Positions 8,803-19,200 of a DNA stretch of 53,113 nucleotides are shown here, piece by piece. The translations under genes and the position numbers were made by a program. Numbering within the stretch: the stretch's first letter is position 1; each line of letters begins with the position of its first letter. The stretch is from Verrucomicrobiales bacterium (GTDB lineage Bacteria; Verrucomicrobiota; Verrucomicrobiia; Verrucomicrobiales; V1-33): positions 1 through 53,113 of the forward strand of contig JANOAV010000117.1 of assembly GCA_031411295.1 (NCBI GenBank), read 5' to 3'. Under the pieces are notes generated by a model, which did not search any database, was not told the origin of the DNA, and saw only the letters and a list, made by a program, of their open reading frames with translations.

Positions 8803-10577
8803 TTTGCAAAGGAAACCAGGCCTTCGGTGAGTGTGATCTTTTGCGCCCCGACCAGGAGGGATTCGCCATCCAGTTTCGTTTCGGGATGCTGACCGGAGGC
8901 GGTTAGCGTCATGATGACGAAACTGTTGCCAGTTGGGGTGGTGAGATGACTGGTGGCGATCTTGCCTTTGCGTTGCGCTGCAATGCTCCCACGAATCGGC
9001 CCAGACAACACGAGCACTGCGTCGGCTCCGCTGGCTTTACTGAAGTCCACCCCGAAGGAACCACTGCTGGTGCTCCACGCTCCGCCATGCGGATTGGCTG
9101 CGAAACGTTTCACGTCGCCCGAGACACGCACGGGAAACTGCGTTTTCTGTCCCAAGCCCCAGATGATGATGCCGCCGGGTTTGACATCATAATGCCCTTT
9201 CGATCCCTTGAGCAACGCGTCCACGATGATGTCATCCGCATCCTGCCAGCGATTGCGGAACATGTAGTGCGCTGCGCTCTTGTCCTCCACGGCTTGCGGC
9301 AGCAGTTCACCGGGGTTGCGTTCTTGCTCCGCAAACGGCCAATTTATAAACGAGAGGATCGCGCGATGCGGATAAGCACTCACGGTATCGAACGGCGTCT
9401 GGGCCGCCGCGTCCGTGCTTTGACAAAGATGGTTATAAAGCCAGAGCAAGGCGGGTCGCTGTTCCTCCGTGATCGCTCCGAAGCCTTGTGCAAATTGGCC
9501 GGCACCACTCAAGGCTTTGCGAGCCCAGACGTTGTGATCATAGGTGCTGCTGTGCAGCGGAAAGATATCCTTGCCGGAGCGAAACTGGGGGGAGAGTTGC
9601 GTCAGCATAACCCACTTCATGGTCATCCACGGCACGTTGGTTCTGGGCGTAATGAAATCCTTGCCGCCCGCCACCCGCATGGCTTGGAAGGCTGGAATCA
9701 GTGCGGTGTCCGCAGCGACCGCAGCCGGTCCGTCGCCTTCCGCAAACCATCCGTGATCGCCCCAGCCTTTGGTCATTTCCACGATGAGATTTTTCTCCAC
9801 CGCCTCCAACCATGGCTCTACTTTTTTGCTATCGGTGCCCGCGTCCCCCTTGATGGCCAAAAGCGCGAGCGCTGCTCCGCCGACCTGCGCGCCATAGTGA
9901 TTGCTGCCGGGTGGATGCTTGGGATTCCGTGCCAAGCGTTCGAGCGACATCGGTTCCCCCGTGCCCTCCGCCCCCTTGCCACGTTCCTCCTGGGCATAGT
10001 TCTGAATCTCCGCAGCAACCTTCGCGCAAAACTCCGCGTCCCAGCCATCGTGGCACAGATCATAGCCCAGCGCATACCAGCCGAGACTAGGCCCGCCGCG
10101 CAACATTCCTCCAGGCGCCACCCAGGAATACCGCGCCTCGTCATCGCAGTCACGCACCCCGGCCCATGCTTTTTCAAAACAGGCCCGCCCCAGTTGCGCG
10201 TATTTCTTCTCACCTGCTAGTTGATAGAGAAATCCAAAGCCTGCCGCATGCGAAACACTGTAGGTGCCGATCGGGTAATCCTGCTTCTTTTCATAGGCCC
10301 GCGTTTGTTCATTGAAAGAGGTCGGCATCGCCTCGCCTCCGCCGAGCAATAATTTCAAGCGCGCAATGATCGCCTGTCCTTCCGGTGTCTTGGCTCTCGC
10401 CCGCAGGTTCGGCAGGTCCGCCTTGCGGAAAAACAGCCGTGGGTGTTCGTCCGCAGTTGGAGCCACGAAACCAGCCACCGGGGCGGGCCACGGGGCGCTG
10501 GGTTCGCTCTCAGCGAAGGTGGATTCACTGGTTAAGACTGAAGCGATGGTAATAGATAACAGAAAGGTGCGTTTCAT
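8799..10577 (-). CDS. Secreted protein, heparinase II/III / alginate-lyase-like alpha-toroid plus beta-sandwich (putative polysaccharide lyase)
   Basis: Signal peptide; EHPRLFFRKADLPNLRAR N-terminal motif; helical repeats (ALGYDLCHDGW, SNH, GWFAEG); YMFRNRW resembling the RxGW start of the Hepar_II_III sandwich. Confidence 0.55.
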   Translation of the reverse strand: MKRTFLLSITIASVLTSESTFAESEPSAPWPAPVAGFVAPTADEHPRLFFRKADLPNLRARAKTPEGQAIIARLKLLLGGGEAMPTSFNEQTRAYEKKQDYPIGTYSVSHAAGFGFLYQLAGEKKYAQLGRACFEKAWAGVRDCDDEARYSWVAPGGMLRGGPSLGWYALGYDLCHDGWDAEFCAKVAAEIQNYAQEERGKGAEGTGEPMSLERLARNPKHPPGSNHYGAQVGGAALALLAIKGDAGTDSKKVEPWLEAVEKNLIVEMTKGWGDHGWFAEGDGPAAVAADTALIPAFQAMRVAGGKDFITPRTNVPWMTMKWVMLTQLSPQFRSGKDIFPLHSSTYDHNVWARKALSGAGQFAQGFGAITEEQRPALLWLYNHLCQSTDAAAQTPFDTVSAYPHRAILSFINWPFAEQERNPGELLPQAVEDKSAAHYMFRNRWQDADDIIVDALLKGSKGHYDVKPGGIIIWGLGQKTQFPVRVSGDVKRFAANPHGGAWSTSSGSFGVDFSKASGADAVLVLSGPIRGSIAAQRKGKIATSHLTTPTGNSFVIMTLTASGQHPETKLDGESLLVGAQKITLTEGLVSFAK

Positions 10578-11188
10578 TTTTTCTGAGTGGTTGCGGCATC
10601 CACCGGATAGGCTGTGAGGCCAAAGCGCACGTCGATGTTGGCCAAAGCTGGAAGGCCTAGGTCCGTTCCCTTGAGGGAAAATTGTCCGTCCAGCATCAGG
10701 GCGCGATTCTTTTCATCACCTTTGCCATCGTGCTGCACGAGGTTTGTCTTTGCTTTCACCGGAATTTTTTTTCCGCCGATTTCCAAAGTCCCCGTCATCT
10801 CCGCGGAGTGCGCTGGCTTTCCGCTTTTTGGTTTCTCCACCGGTCCCAATGCTCCGACCGCAGTGATCGTTAGGGTGGCGGTGATGGGCTGCGTTAGTGA
10901 CCCCAGCACCCGTCTGCTTTGATCTCCCTTATCCTGCGCGGCCTTGTCGCAGAGCAGCGCGAAAGCCGCGGTGGGCTTGGCGGTATCCAGCACGATCTTC
11001 CCGGTATCGTTCGCTGGTTTTCCGTAGAGAAACGTTGGCCATTTCACACCCGTCGGATCGCGAAACTCAAGGTCTGCCGTGACGTATTTGGGGAACGCGG
11101 AAGTAACGCGAAATTCTGTGGGGATCACGGGTTCTTGAGCATAGCCACTGAGAGCGCAGCACAATAAAATGAGGCGGTGGAGTTTCAT
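10574..11188 (-). CDS. Small secreted protein, YceI-like beta-barrel (tentative)
   Basis: Start re-assigned to MKLHRLILLCCALSGYA (signal peptide). MTGTLEIGGKKIPV and LDGQFSLKGTDLGL resemble YceI C-terminal strands. Stop overlaps the next start (ATGA). Confidence 0.5.
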   Translation of the reverse strand: MKLHRLILLCCALSGYAQEPVIPTEFRVTSAFPKYVTADLEFRDPTGVKWPTFLYGKPANDTGKIVLDTAKPTAAFALLCDKAAQDKGDQSRRVLGSLTQPITATLTITAVGALGPVEKPKSGKPAHSAEMTGTLEIGGKKIPVKAKTNLVQHDGKGDEKNRALMLDGQFSLKGTDLGLPALANIDVRFGLTAYPVDAATTQKK

Positions 11189-11195
11189 CGTCGAA

Positions 11196-12839
11196 TTATT
11201 TGGAAAGATCCAACAGCAGAGCATAGCCGTCGGTTGCACCACCGCCAAACGTTGCTTGGCGCGCGTTGACGGAGGGCGGTGGATTTTGATCGTAGCCTTG
11301 ATTTTTCGCGGCGGCACTGCCGAGGAAAAGCGCCACGGGCTTGCCATTGAGTTGGCCGGAAACCATGCCCCAGCGGGCGCGATCGGCCGAGCTGTCATCC
11401 ACGATGGTCTGCCCACAGGCGGGCATGGCTGTGCTAAAGCGCAGGGCACTGGCATCACGGTTCAGCACCGCCACGAATTCTCCACCCGGCTCCCCACCGC
11501 CGATGGCGTTGCCCGTCTGAATCAGTCCATGCGATGAAGCTCCGGCAAAACAAATGGAGCCATCCACCGCTGACGCCAGCGTGTGGATGCGGGCGCTGTT
11601 AGGTTTATTCTTGTCCTTCATGTAAGCCATCCACGGGGTGCCACCGATGACCTTCCAGGACTTCGTGTCCACCTTCACCACATACGCCAGACTGAGCACT
11701 CCCGCGCCCCACGCGCTGAAGCCAAGCCCGTTCATCTTGGCGTTCGCGCGCAGGTCCATCGGTTCTCGCAAGGCGACACTGTTGCCACCATCTGACCACG
11801 CGTGGAAAATGAGATTTCCCTGCTGGTCATAAGTCACGCCGCGAATTGCAGTGTCCGACACCAGTCGCAAGTTGTTCAAGCCAACCAACGGCCCGCCCCA
11901 ATCGTAGAGCTGATAAAGCAACGAACCGTCTGGTTGGTGGATATTGAGCGTTGGGCAACGCCATGGTTCGCGCCCCGTGGGCCAGTGATGCTCGCCACCG
12001 CGGGCGATGGTTCCGTCCACTGGATTCACTGCGGCAAAGCCACCCGCTCCACCAGGAATCGGCATGGCTGAAAGCTGCTTTCCGCTGGCGTCCAACACCC
12101 GGAAATCTGGTCCGTGAAAATGCAACCGCCCGGCGGCATCCAGCGTGAGCGAGGGGGCATCGGAAGCTCCTTTGACATGACGGATCCAGAGGATCTTGGC
12201 CGCATCCGGAGTCAGGCGCGCAATGAAACTGTGGGTGCAACCACTGCGTTTGGAATCTTCCGCCGGTGCTGGTAACTCCTTGGCGTCGCTGCTCAACGTG
12301 GCGGTGTCCTCCGTGGCTGGACCAGCAATGAAGATGTTCCCCGCTGCATCCACCACCGCCGCCGTCAGGCCACCAGACTTCCACGCGAATCGGGTCACGG
12401 ATTTGATCGTCTTCAAGTCCCCTGACATGCGGGCAATGAATGCCGTGGCGTTAGGATGATTCCAAGCAAATGGTTCGAACTTAGGTTTCCCTTCCTTATC
12501 CAGTTCCTGCTGACCTTTCTTGTCCAACTTAGGCAAGGGCGCAGGCGCCTCGCAAACAGCATCCTTGCCCAGCACCGTTTCCTTCACTCCAAGCTGCAAC
12601 TCCGGCCCCAGCGCGACGCCTGCGAGCACGATCGTTCCGTCCGCTTGGAACCCTCCGCCCGTAAGCCATTCCGTGCCCGGCCCGCCCAGCAATCCAGCGT
12701 GCAAGACCCGCACGGGTTCAGCGGGAGTGGTGTTCCTTTTGGTAAATTCATCGAAGCGTGTGTCTGCCTGCACAACCATCGGGATGGTTAGGAGGAGGGA
12801 AGCGGCGCAGAGTTGTTTGAGAGCAGTGGATGGTTTCAT
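11196..12839 (-). CDS. Secreted beta-propeller protein (SBBP-like repeats)
   Basis: Signal peptide; blade-like repeats LLGGPGTE, AVVDAAGNIFIAG, SFIARLTPD...ILW, VTYDQQGNLIFH, FVAVLNRD, TFGGGATDGYALLL. Confidence 0.65.
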   Translation of the reverse strand: MKPSTALKQLCAASLLLTIPMVVQADTRFDEFTKRNTTPAEPVRVLHAGLLGGPGTEWLTGGGFQADGTIVLAGVALGPELQLGVKETVLGKDAVCEAPAPLPKLDKKGQQELDKEGKPKFEPFAWNHPNATAFIARMSGDLKTIKSVTRFAWKSGGLTAAVVDAAGNIFIAGPATEDTATLSSDAKELPAPAEDSKRSGCTHSFIARLTPDAAKILWIRHVKGASDAPSLTLDAAGRLHFHGPDFRVLDASGKQLSAMPIPGGAGGFAAVNPVDGTIARGGEHHWPTGREPWRCPTLNIHQPDGSLLYQLYDWGGPLVGLNNLRLVSDTAIRGVTYDQQGNLIFHAWSDGGNSVALREPMDLRANAKMNGLGFSAWGAGVLSLAYVVKVDTKSWKVIGGTPWMAYMKDKNKPNSARIHTLASAVDGSICFAGASSHGLIQTGNAIGGGEPGGEFVAVLNRDASALRFSTAMPACGQTIVDDSSADRARWGMVSGQLNGKPVALFLGSAAAKNQGYDQNPPPSVNARQATFGGGATDGYALLLDLSK

Positions 12840-12862
12840 AACTAAATTAGGTTGCTATCGTG

Positions 12863-15800
12863 TTATTCAAATTTATCCAACTCCACCTGCTCCTCAACCT
12901 TCCCGGTGTCCACATCGACATTCAACAGGGAGTAAGCGAATTTTTGACCATCGAAATCGGATCGGTAAACGAGAAAGGGATGCACCCAACCATTCTTTGG
13001 CGCCAGCGCATGGGTCATCGGATTGGTATCCCAATTATCCACGTGCGGCTTGCCCTGCGCGGTGAGCCTGGTCACGGTTTTGGCGAAATGTTCGGTCTGC
13101 GAGTTCGCATCATTGACGAAGACCAGCGGGCCGTTCGCCTGCACCTTGCGGATGACATGCCCGTTGGCGCGCACCACGCTTTCCGTGCGCACGCCGCGCA
13201 GTTTAACCGCCGGGGCGTTGGCCACCAGACTAACATCGATCGTGCAATCCTCAAAGATCTGCGGGCTGCCCGCATAGCCGGCCGCGATCTGCTTTTGCTT
13301 TGTGACGATGGTGTTGTGGGTAAAGGCGCTTAGCTCGGTGATGCCCATTTCCACGGCGGGTTCTCGCTCGTTACCACACTCGATGAACTCACACTGGTCG
13401 ATCCAAACTTCCCATGGGCGATAACCAATCTCCACGTTGCCGCCGAAGGTATCCACGCCCGGCCCGTTGATGTTTTCAAAGCGCGATCCAACGATCATGC
13501 CGTGGATGAGATTGTTAAATTTAACGGAGATGCCCGCCTTGCGCTGCCCGCTGAAGCTGCTGTGGAGCACGAGCCACTTGTCCAGCATGGTGCCATTCAT
13601 GCAGATTCCGTAGTCGCCCGTGTTCTCGAATTTCAAGTCCACATACTTGTTCTGATCATGCTCCGCGCCCCCGCTGAGACCGGGATCGTCGTTACCCACG
13701 AGCATGCCGGCCAGCGATTGGTTGCGGAAGGTGAGGGCGTAAAAGTTTTCGCCCGCAATGTAGCTTTTCTTGGTGGGCGATCCGTCGCCATAGCCGTGGT
13801 CCGCGCCTGTTAGTGCAAGCCCCACGCTGCCGCCCTCAATGGTGAACTGCGCCAGGGTGGTGCGCTCCTGCAGCTTGACAACCTGAATGGCGGCATCCGA
13901 TTTCAGCACCGATTTATCACCCGTGCCCCACACGCCGCTGATGCCTCCGAGCAAGTAAAGCGGCTGCTGGAGCAGGAACGTGCCGACAGGAATTTCCAAT
14001 CGAATGTTTCCGCCCTTGGCCGCCTGCTCTGCCAAATCCCGTTGTGCCTCCAACGCCAATTTCTTGGCGTCGTCCTTGGCGCGCTTCGCCTCCTCGACCG
14101 CCTGGCCCAACTCCTTTGCTTGGGCCTCAGCAGCAGCTTTTGCAGCGGTGCGACGTGCCGTGATGGCTTTCATGGCATCGTCAATTTTCGCTCGCTGGGC
14201 TTTAAATTCAGCCGTCTCCCGGGCCGCCTTTAGTTTCTCCTCCACGCCTCCGTGCATGGCCCAGATGGCTTGGTCGGCCGCGTCCGCTGCATCCAGCAGT
14301 TGCTGCAACTCCGTCCGGGTCATGCCATACAATAGTTTAGCAAAAGCATCATCGCTGGGCCGTTTGCTGGTGGGGTCCGCTCCTGCTAGCAACAACGCCT
14401 GACCGAAACCCTCCTGCTGCGTGAATGCCACCGCACGTCTGGTGGGGGGAGCATCCGTCGGTAGCACATCCGGTGGTGGCGGCAGCTTCAGGGCGGGCTG
14501 CTCGCCTTTGGTGAGGTCGGCCTTGGCGAAGAGGAATGTTTCCTCGTCGGTGGCATTCATGTCCATTTCGCCTGGACAGTTGACATGCCGTCCAGTTTTG
14601 ATCTTCGCCATGAGCTGATCCACGCTCTCATGAGGCACTGGCTCTGGCAGCGTGAACGCCTGCTGCTTCTTTTCCGCGTCCGTTTTCTTTTTCTCCCAAT
14701 CCTTTTTTAGAAAAGCCGCACGCTTCTCATAAATCGCCAGCGCATGGGCCTTCACATCGAACTTCGCCAACCATTCCGGAGTCGGTTTGTTGTAGTAGGG
14801 CGTCACAGCAAACTTCAGCGCCTGCTCGGTGCCCTGGTGGCCGTATTGCGAGCACACGGACCACAATTGCAAGCCAGGAGCATTGTTCCAGAGCGACACC
14901 TCGTTCGCATTGTTCCATGTCCGCATGGCATAGAGCACATTCCCCCGGCCACCCTCAATCGTGATATCGCGATTCGCGTCCGCATGGCGCGGCTCGCCAC
15001 TATTGCCGCCAAACGCATTGATGCCACGCAGGCCCAACAGCACCTCTTCACAATTGTGCAGCCAATAAACGCCGGGGCCCTGCGCGCTGCTGCGTTCCGT
15101 GCTGCCCTGCATCATGGTTAGTCCTTTCGCGTTTTCGATCACCACGCCCGGCCCTGGATTCCCGTAATTCGTCTCCACCATGTGATACAATCGCGTGCCT
15201 GCGCCACCACCCTTGAGATCAAAATGCATTTGCGCCCCGCGCTTGATCCAATCAGTCTTCCCGCTGTCCGTCCAATGCGCGTTGAAATCGCGAAAGGGCC
15301 AGTTGATTCCGAACCAAAGAAACAGCGAATCATCCACCCGGGCCTCCGCCGTCACCACATGATCTCCGAACGCATTGTCCCCGCAGATCCACGCGCAGTT
15401 CTTCACATCCGCCTTGATGCGAATCCCGCCGCTACAAAATAACGCCAGGTAATCGGTCATGGGCGCAGTCTTGTTTTCAAAACTGTCACTCTGGGAAAAT
15501 TTCCAATTACGCGCTGCGATCAGACGATCCGTGCGCAGCAGATTCTGCTTGGAAACATCACGCGACACCTCCGGCAGCACCTCCTGATCCAGTTGGGAAA
15601 ACAGCAGTTCCATCCCATGTTGTCCGCCCCCGAAACACACGCACCCCTCACGTCCCCCCGTGATCTGCACCTCATCCGCCACACTCCGGAAATCCAACGT
15701 CCCGCAAGCAACCTCCCCCAGATCCAGCGCCCCACCCACCGGTAACGATTCCGCAATCCTCACGATCTCCGCCGAGACAATCGACTGCGGAAGCGACGTC

Positions 15801-15943
15801 CACCGCTCACCCAGGCGCGCCACCAGCGCCACGCGCGCATCCGCAAAGCACCGTGGCAACGCAGTCCCCGCAAGCCCAGGCAGACTCGTGGTAATCATTA
15901 TGACAAACAGTGAACCTGGGAGAGCAAATGAAGGAAGACGCAT
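12863..15943 (-). CDS. Secreted pectin-lyase-like right-handed beta-helix protein with internal coiled-coil
   Basis: Start chosen at MRLPSFALPG (signal-like). GADPT..SDDAF...LEIPVGTFLLQQPLYL..VWGTG resembles the Pectate_lyase_3 start; beta-helix-like turns (FENTGDYGI, FSGQRKAGI, FENINGPGV). Confidence 0.55.
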   Translation of the reverse strand: MRLPSFALPGSLFVIMITTSLPGLAGTALPRCFADARVALVARLGERWTSLPQSIVSAEIVRIAESLPVGGALDLGEVACGTLDFRSVADEVQITGGREGCVCFGGGQHGMELLFSQLDQEVLPEVSRDVSKQNLLRTDRLIAARNWKFSQSDSFENKTAPMTDYLALFCSGGIRIKADVKNCAWICGDNAFGDHVVTAEARVDDSLFLWFGINWPFRDFNAHWTDSGKTDWIKRGAQMHFDLKGGGAGTRLYHMVETNYGNPGPGVVIENAKGLTMMQGSTERSSAQGPGVYWLHNCEEVLLGLRGINAFGGNSGEPRHADANRDITIEGGRGNVLYAMRTWNNANEVSLWNNAPGLQLWSVCSQYGHQGTEQALKFAVTPYYNKPTPEWLAKFDVKAHALAIYEKRAAFLKKDWEKKKTDAEKKQQAFTLPEPVPHESVDQLMAKIKTGRHVNCPGEMDMNATDEETFLFAKADLTKGEQPALKLPPPPDVLPTDAPPTRRAVAFTQQEGFGQALLLAGADPTSKRPSDDAFAKLLYGMTRTELQQLLDAADAADQAIWAMHGGVEEKLKAARETAEFKAQRAKIDDAMKAITARRTAAKAAAEAQAKELGQAVEEAKRAKDDAKKLALEAQRDLAEQAAKGGNIRLEIPVGTFLLQQPLYLLGGISGVWGTGDKSVLKSDAAIQVVKLQERTTLAQFTIEGGSVGLALTGADHGYGDGSPTKKSYIAGENFYALTFRNQSLAGMLVGNDDPGLSGGAEHDQNKYVDLKFENTGDYGICMNGTMLDKWLVLHSSFSGQRKAGISVKFNNLIHGMIVGSRFENINGPGVDTFGGNVEIGYRPWEVWIDQCEFIECGNEREPAVEMGITELSAFTHNTIVTKQKQIAAGYAGSPQIFEDCTIDVSLVANAPAVKLRGVRTESVVRANGHVIRKVQANGPLVFVNDANSQTEHFAKTVTRLTAQGKPHVDNWDTNPMTHALAPKNGWVHPFLVYRSDFDGQKFAYSLLNVDVDTGKVEEQVELDKFE

Positions 15944-16091
15944 GACGGAATGGAAGGATAAATTGCCGATCCGTTCATAAATCCATGATTTCACCGACGA
16001 AGTCAATGGCTCGACACTACGTTGCCGTGGTCCATCACTTTGGTTTCATTGCCCCACAGGCCCTAAGCTGGGGATGGCACCCACGCGCCAC

Positions 16092-16202
16092 TTACTTCCG
16101 GAAGTGGAAGAAGCGGCGGCGTTCTTTGTAGCCTGCGAGGCCGAAGAGAGCGAGGAGGCTCATGATGGCAGAGGGTTCGGGGACGGGGACCAGTTCGTTG
16201 CC
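16092..16202. repeat. Copy 1 of 111-bp direct repeat (PEP-CTERM-coding tail)
   Basis: 106/111 nt identical to 30853-30963 by manual alignment. Confidence 0.95.
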
Positions 16203-19200
16203 GCCAACGATGGCGGCTCCACCCATCGCGTCGTAGGGAGTGACTCCTCCGTCGGTGTAGAAGTTTACGTTGGCGAGGTTGATGGTGTTGATGTTGGCGC
16301 TGAAGATCAGTTTATCCGTGCCCGCCACCCATGGGGATCCGGTATAGTTCCAGACGTTCAGGATGCCGCTCCAGGTGCCGACATCAGTAAATGTCAGGAC
16401 GGAACCGGAGGCGTTGGCTCCCATGTCGATGATGGCACCTGCGAGGGTCAGTTTTCCGGTGCTGGCGCTGAAGCCGCCAGTCGCCAGGGTGGTGCCGGTG
16501 CTGAGGTTCAGATCGGAAGTGGCAGGGAGGGCGTTGTTCGCTCCGAGGAGCAGGGTGCCTCCATTGACCTCGATGGCTGCTCCGGCTCCTGCGGTGGCGG
16601 TGCTGTTGCTGAGTTTGACAGTGCCGGGTCCGTCTTTCTTCAGCGTGGTGCCCGCAGCCAAATTCAGGCTGGTGTTGACGGTGAATTGGGCGGCAGAGTC
16701 AAGGACGTCCAGCGTGGCTTTGCCTGTGGAACCTGAAATGATCACGTTATCCACGTCACTCAAAATGTTGCTCGTGAGTTGCAATTTGGCACCGGTGGTG
16801 GCCGAAGCCATCGTGAGGTTTTTCGTCAGAGTAACACCACCGGAGAGCAAGGTGGATGTCGCTTCAATTTGAACATTCCCCTTACTGCCAAGCGCGGTTA
16901 GGAACAGATTGCCAGTCCCGTCGTCGATGGGTTTGATGTAGTCCGCGCCATCCAGTGCACCGATTCCGTCCTTGTATCCAAAACCGTAATTGGTGGTGAA
17001 TCCGTTATTCCCCCATGGCCCGGCACCGCCAGTGCCGTTGCGCATGCGGATTTCCACCAAGTGCCAGCCAGTGCCGTAACCGGGAATCGCGATCCCTGCG
17101 CCAAAGTTCTGGGATGGAGTTCCAGCGTTTCCGTTGGGAGTGGTCGGGCCAGTGGCATTCTGGGTATTTTTATAGGCGGTGCTTCCCACCACGTTGCCGC
17201 CGGAGTTCAGCACCAAGGTGCCATCGATCCAGACGCCGAGGTTGTCGTCTTGGTTGCCTGCGAAGGAGAATACGCCGTCGTTGTCCTTCACGTAGCCGGT
17301 GTAAACCCACACATCGTTGTCCAGGTGGCCTGTGAGCGCCTGCTGCGTCACTGAGCTGTTCTGCAACATCCGGGGCTCCATTTGGATGCCGAAGTTACCG
17401 GGGTTGGCGGGGCGGGTGCCATCTGTAGTGAATGCGGTGGTGCCCATCACCACACCTTCGAGCAGGCCGGGGACATAGCGGGTGGCGGCAGAGCCGGAAA
17501 TGACACCTGTCACGGTGGTGGTGCCGCTGCTGACTTTCACAAGGCCGCTGTTGGAAATGTTGCCCGTGTGGGTGGCGGTGGTGCCGGGAGCAAATTCCAG
17601 CGTGCCCGTAACGGCATCAATTGGAGCCGTCGTGCCGGAAGCCACAGAGGCTGCGGACCCGAAGGTGTTGAGGGTGCCAGTGGTGGTCACGCTGGCTACA
17701 GGGGCCAATTTCAAAGTCCCGCTTTGGACTTCTGCGGCGGCAGGGGTGTGAGCGGAGCCTGTGATGGTTACCGTGTTCAAACCAGCCGTGCGCAAGGTGC
17801 CAGCGGTAACATTTCCTGCCAGAGTCAGCGGATTGCTGGTGGTAACCCCACCGGTGGCGCTGGTTGTTAGGTAAATTCCGCTGCCGGTAAATCCTGTGGA
17901 TGCCGTGAGGGTGCTGGTGCCGCCCACTGGACCGATGACACCATTATTGGCAATGGTGGCGGCATTGATGACGGTGGTGTTCGTGACCGCCACGCGGCCT
18001 GCAACATTCGCCATGTTGTTGACTCCCGTGCCGGGATTGGCATTCACTGCAAAGGTTCCGGTCAGGTTCAACGTCTTCGATGCTTCTGTGATGTAGAGGC
18101 CGTTGATGTCGAAATTATTCAGACTGGCGGTCGTCGGCAGGACCAAGTTCTGGGTGCCTACGGCATTAAACGTTGGCCCTACGGTGATTCCCACGGGTCC
18201 GGCTATGCCGATATTTCCGCTGAAGGTTCCGGCTATGGCGTTGATGTTCAGGCGGCTGCCACCTGCTTTGATCAGCGTGCCCGGGCCGTCCAGGCTGGCG
18301 AATCCGACTTGGTAGTTGTTTCCGCTGTCAACGTTGAGGACCTTCGTTCCGCTGGCGACTGTCAGGGTTCCCAAGTTGATAATATTTCCCGACGCTGTGG
18401 TGCTGGTTTGACGGTTTGCATCGATCCACGAATTACCGGCCAGGGTGACGTTATTTCCGTAAGTCACCGTGATATTGCTAACATCGGCTGTGGTGCTGGC
18501 ATCATCCCGCAGGCGGAGGCGACCGCCGTCGAGTTTGATGATGGCGCTACCCATGGCGTTGCCAGTGGTCCGGGTGATGCCGGAACCAGCAATGAGGGCG
18601 ACTTGGTTCGCAAGGATCGAGTTCACCCCCACGGAAATGGTGCCGCTGTAGTTGTTCTGCCCAGCACCCGCACCGGAGAGGAGCGGATTGCCCAGCGTGA
18701 TGATCCCGCCGCCACCATTGCCCTGGGTTAGCTGCGAGCCGTAAATGTTGATATTTCCCGAACCTGTCAGGCGTCCGTTGATGGTGATGGTTCCACCGTT
18801 CGTGCTGGGGAGGTAATAGTCGTAAGCTGCGAGGTGAATGTTCCCGCTCGGGACATTGAAGATGGACTGATTGGCCGCAGTCAGGGTGGCGGCTCCAAGC
18901 GTGAAGGAGTTAAGTGTCGCCCCCATGGTTGATCCGTCCTTCATGGTGACGGAACCGATCATGGTGGTGCCTGCGGTATTGCTCCCCAGGATGACCGCTC
19001 CGCTTTGCACGGTGGTGTTCGCCTTGCTGGAACCCATGGCACCAGCAGTGTCGAAGCGCACCACACCACTTTGGACGTTGAATACGTCTGTCAAGGTTCC
19101 AGGATTGCCGAACTGGTTCATCACCAGCCCTGTGATGGTATTTGCGGAGGTCGTGGCAGTCGCGTTTTGACTGATCTTGATTTGAGTATCGCTATCAATC

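Noticed and set aside
5286..10220. Plus-strand ORFs 5286-5993, 7999-8727 and 8946-10220
   Set aside because: Antisense to coherent operon genes; shadow ORFs.
15970..16005. TTGACT...TATGAA on minus strand as a sigma70 promoter for the operon
   Set aside because: Spacer is 21 nt, too long.
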